This document shows positions 63,550 through 64,000 of a stretch of 64,000 nt of DNA, piece after piece. The stretch is taken from IMG/VR virus record IMGVR_UViG_3300043473_000258; one strand, 5' to 3'. The position numbers were made by a program, and so were the translations under genes. The notes beneath the pieces were generated by a model, which made no database searches, was not told the origin of the DNA, and saw only the letters and a program-made list of their open reading frames with translations. The DNA comes from an uncultured virus (IMG/VR IMGVR_UViG_3300043473_000258) (Duplodnaviria; Heunggongvirae; Uroviricota; Caudoviricetes). Numbering within the stretch: position 1 is the stretch's first letter; each line of letters opens with the position of its first letter.

Positions 63550-64000
63550 TCAGATGACGTCCTCCTCGGGCTCTTCGACTCCGTTGGATGGGCCCGCGGT
63601 GACGAGCTCGTTGGGCTGCGTCTCGCGCAGCAGGGTGATGTCCACGCGGATCGTGTCGTCGTAGAACATCCACTCCTGGGAGATGCCGACCATCATGGCG
63701 TAGTGCAGGAATTCCTTCATGCGGGCCTGGGGATCGCTCGGCCGCTTGGCCAAGTGATTGAGCGCCTCGCGAAGGGTGAAGTCGGTGCTCAAAAAGAACG
63801 GGGCCAAGCGGAGCTGCTGCTCGCAGGGGAATTCCGAAAAGCGAATCAGCTCGTCCTCCGGCTTCTTGATGGAGCCCTGGAGGATGCCCTCCTTGGCTCG
63901 GATGTTACACTCGCCGATGCGCTCGATGGCTTCGAGCAGCTCGGGGGAAAATTCCGGCTTCGTCTTCTTGTCCGCCTTGGCCTTCGCCTTCTCGATCTTC
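63550..64000 (-). CDS. Hypothetical protein, 5' end outside the window
   Basis: The frame of 63550..63807 appears to stay open to the window edge. Confidence 0.5.
   Translation of the reverse strand, partial: KIEKAKAKADKKTKPEFSPELLEAIERIGECNIRAKEGILQGSIKKPEDELIRFSEFPCEQQLRLAPFFLSTDFTLREALNHLAKRPSDPQARMKEFLHYAMMVGISQEWMFYDDTIRVDITLLRETQPNELVTAGPSNGVEEPEEDVI

Noticed and set aside
1..64000. Prophage boundaries, integrase, terminal repeats or stop-codon recoding
   Set aside because: None seen. Genes run off the window ends, and standard-code ORFs tile the sequence using all three stops.

Overview
The whole window reads as part of one GC-rich tailed-phage (podovirus-like) genome. I see no host housekeeping genes, integrase or att site. 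A VPEPGTW-type PEP-CTERM gene and CA-rich or leaderless starts lacking Shine-Dalgarno sites suggest a PVC host, probably Verrucomicrobiota (inference). Layout: small early/membrane ORFs and a replication-initiator-like gene (1-5.5 kb); putative TerS, portal, PEP-CTERM moron, scaffold and major capsid (5.5-14.9 kb); four Y-RNA-like units plus Ro60/TROVE and an endonuclease VII (15-17.4 kb); FN3, collagen-like and Cys-rich fibre/tail genes with a GT4 (17.4-35.3 kb); ejection-type genes ending in a 3728-aa polyvalent protein (35.3-51.5 kb); two tandem Erv1/Alr-like sulfhydryl oxidases (51.5-52.5 kb); then a minus-strand arm with a glycosyl/methyl/phosphotransferase cluster, HNH, SSB, TerL, DnaB and an SF2 helicase. 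Best candidate new system: a phage-encoded cytoplasmic disulfide-formation module paired with Cys-rich outer virion proteins and almost Cys-free ejected proteins. Other highlights: the Ro60/Y-RNA array, two promoter-equipped genes nested in another frame of the giant ORF, and candidate ncRNAs. All family calls are by-eye motif recognition; no database search was run.
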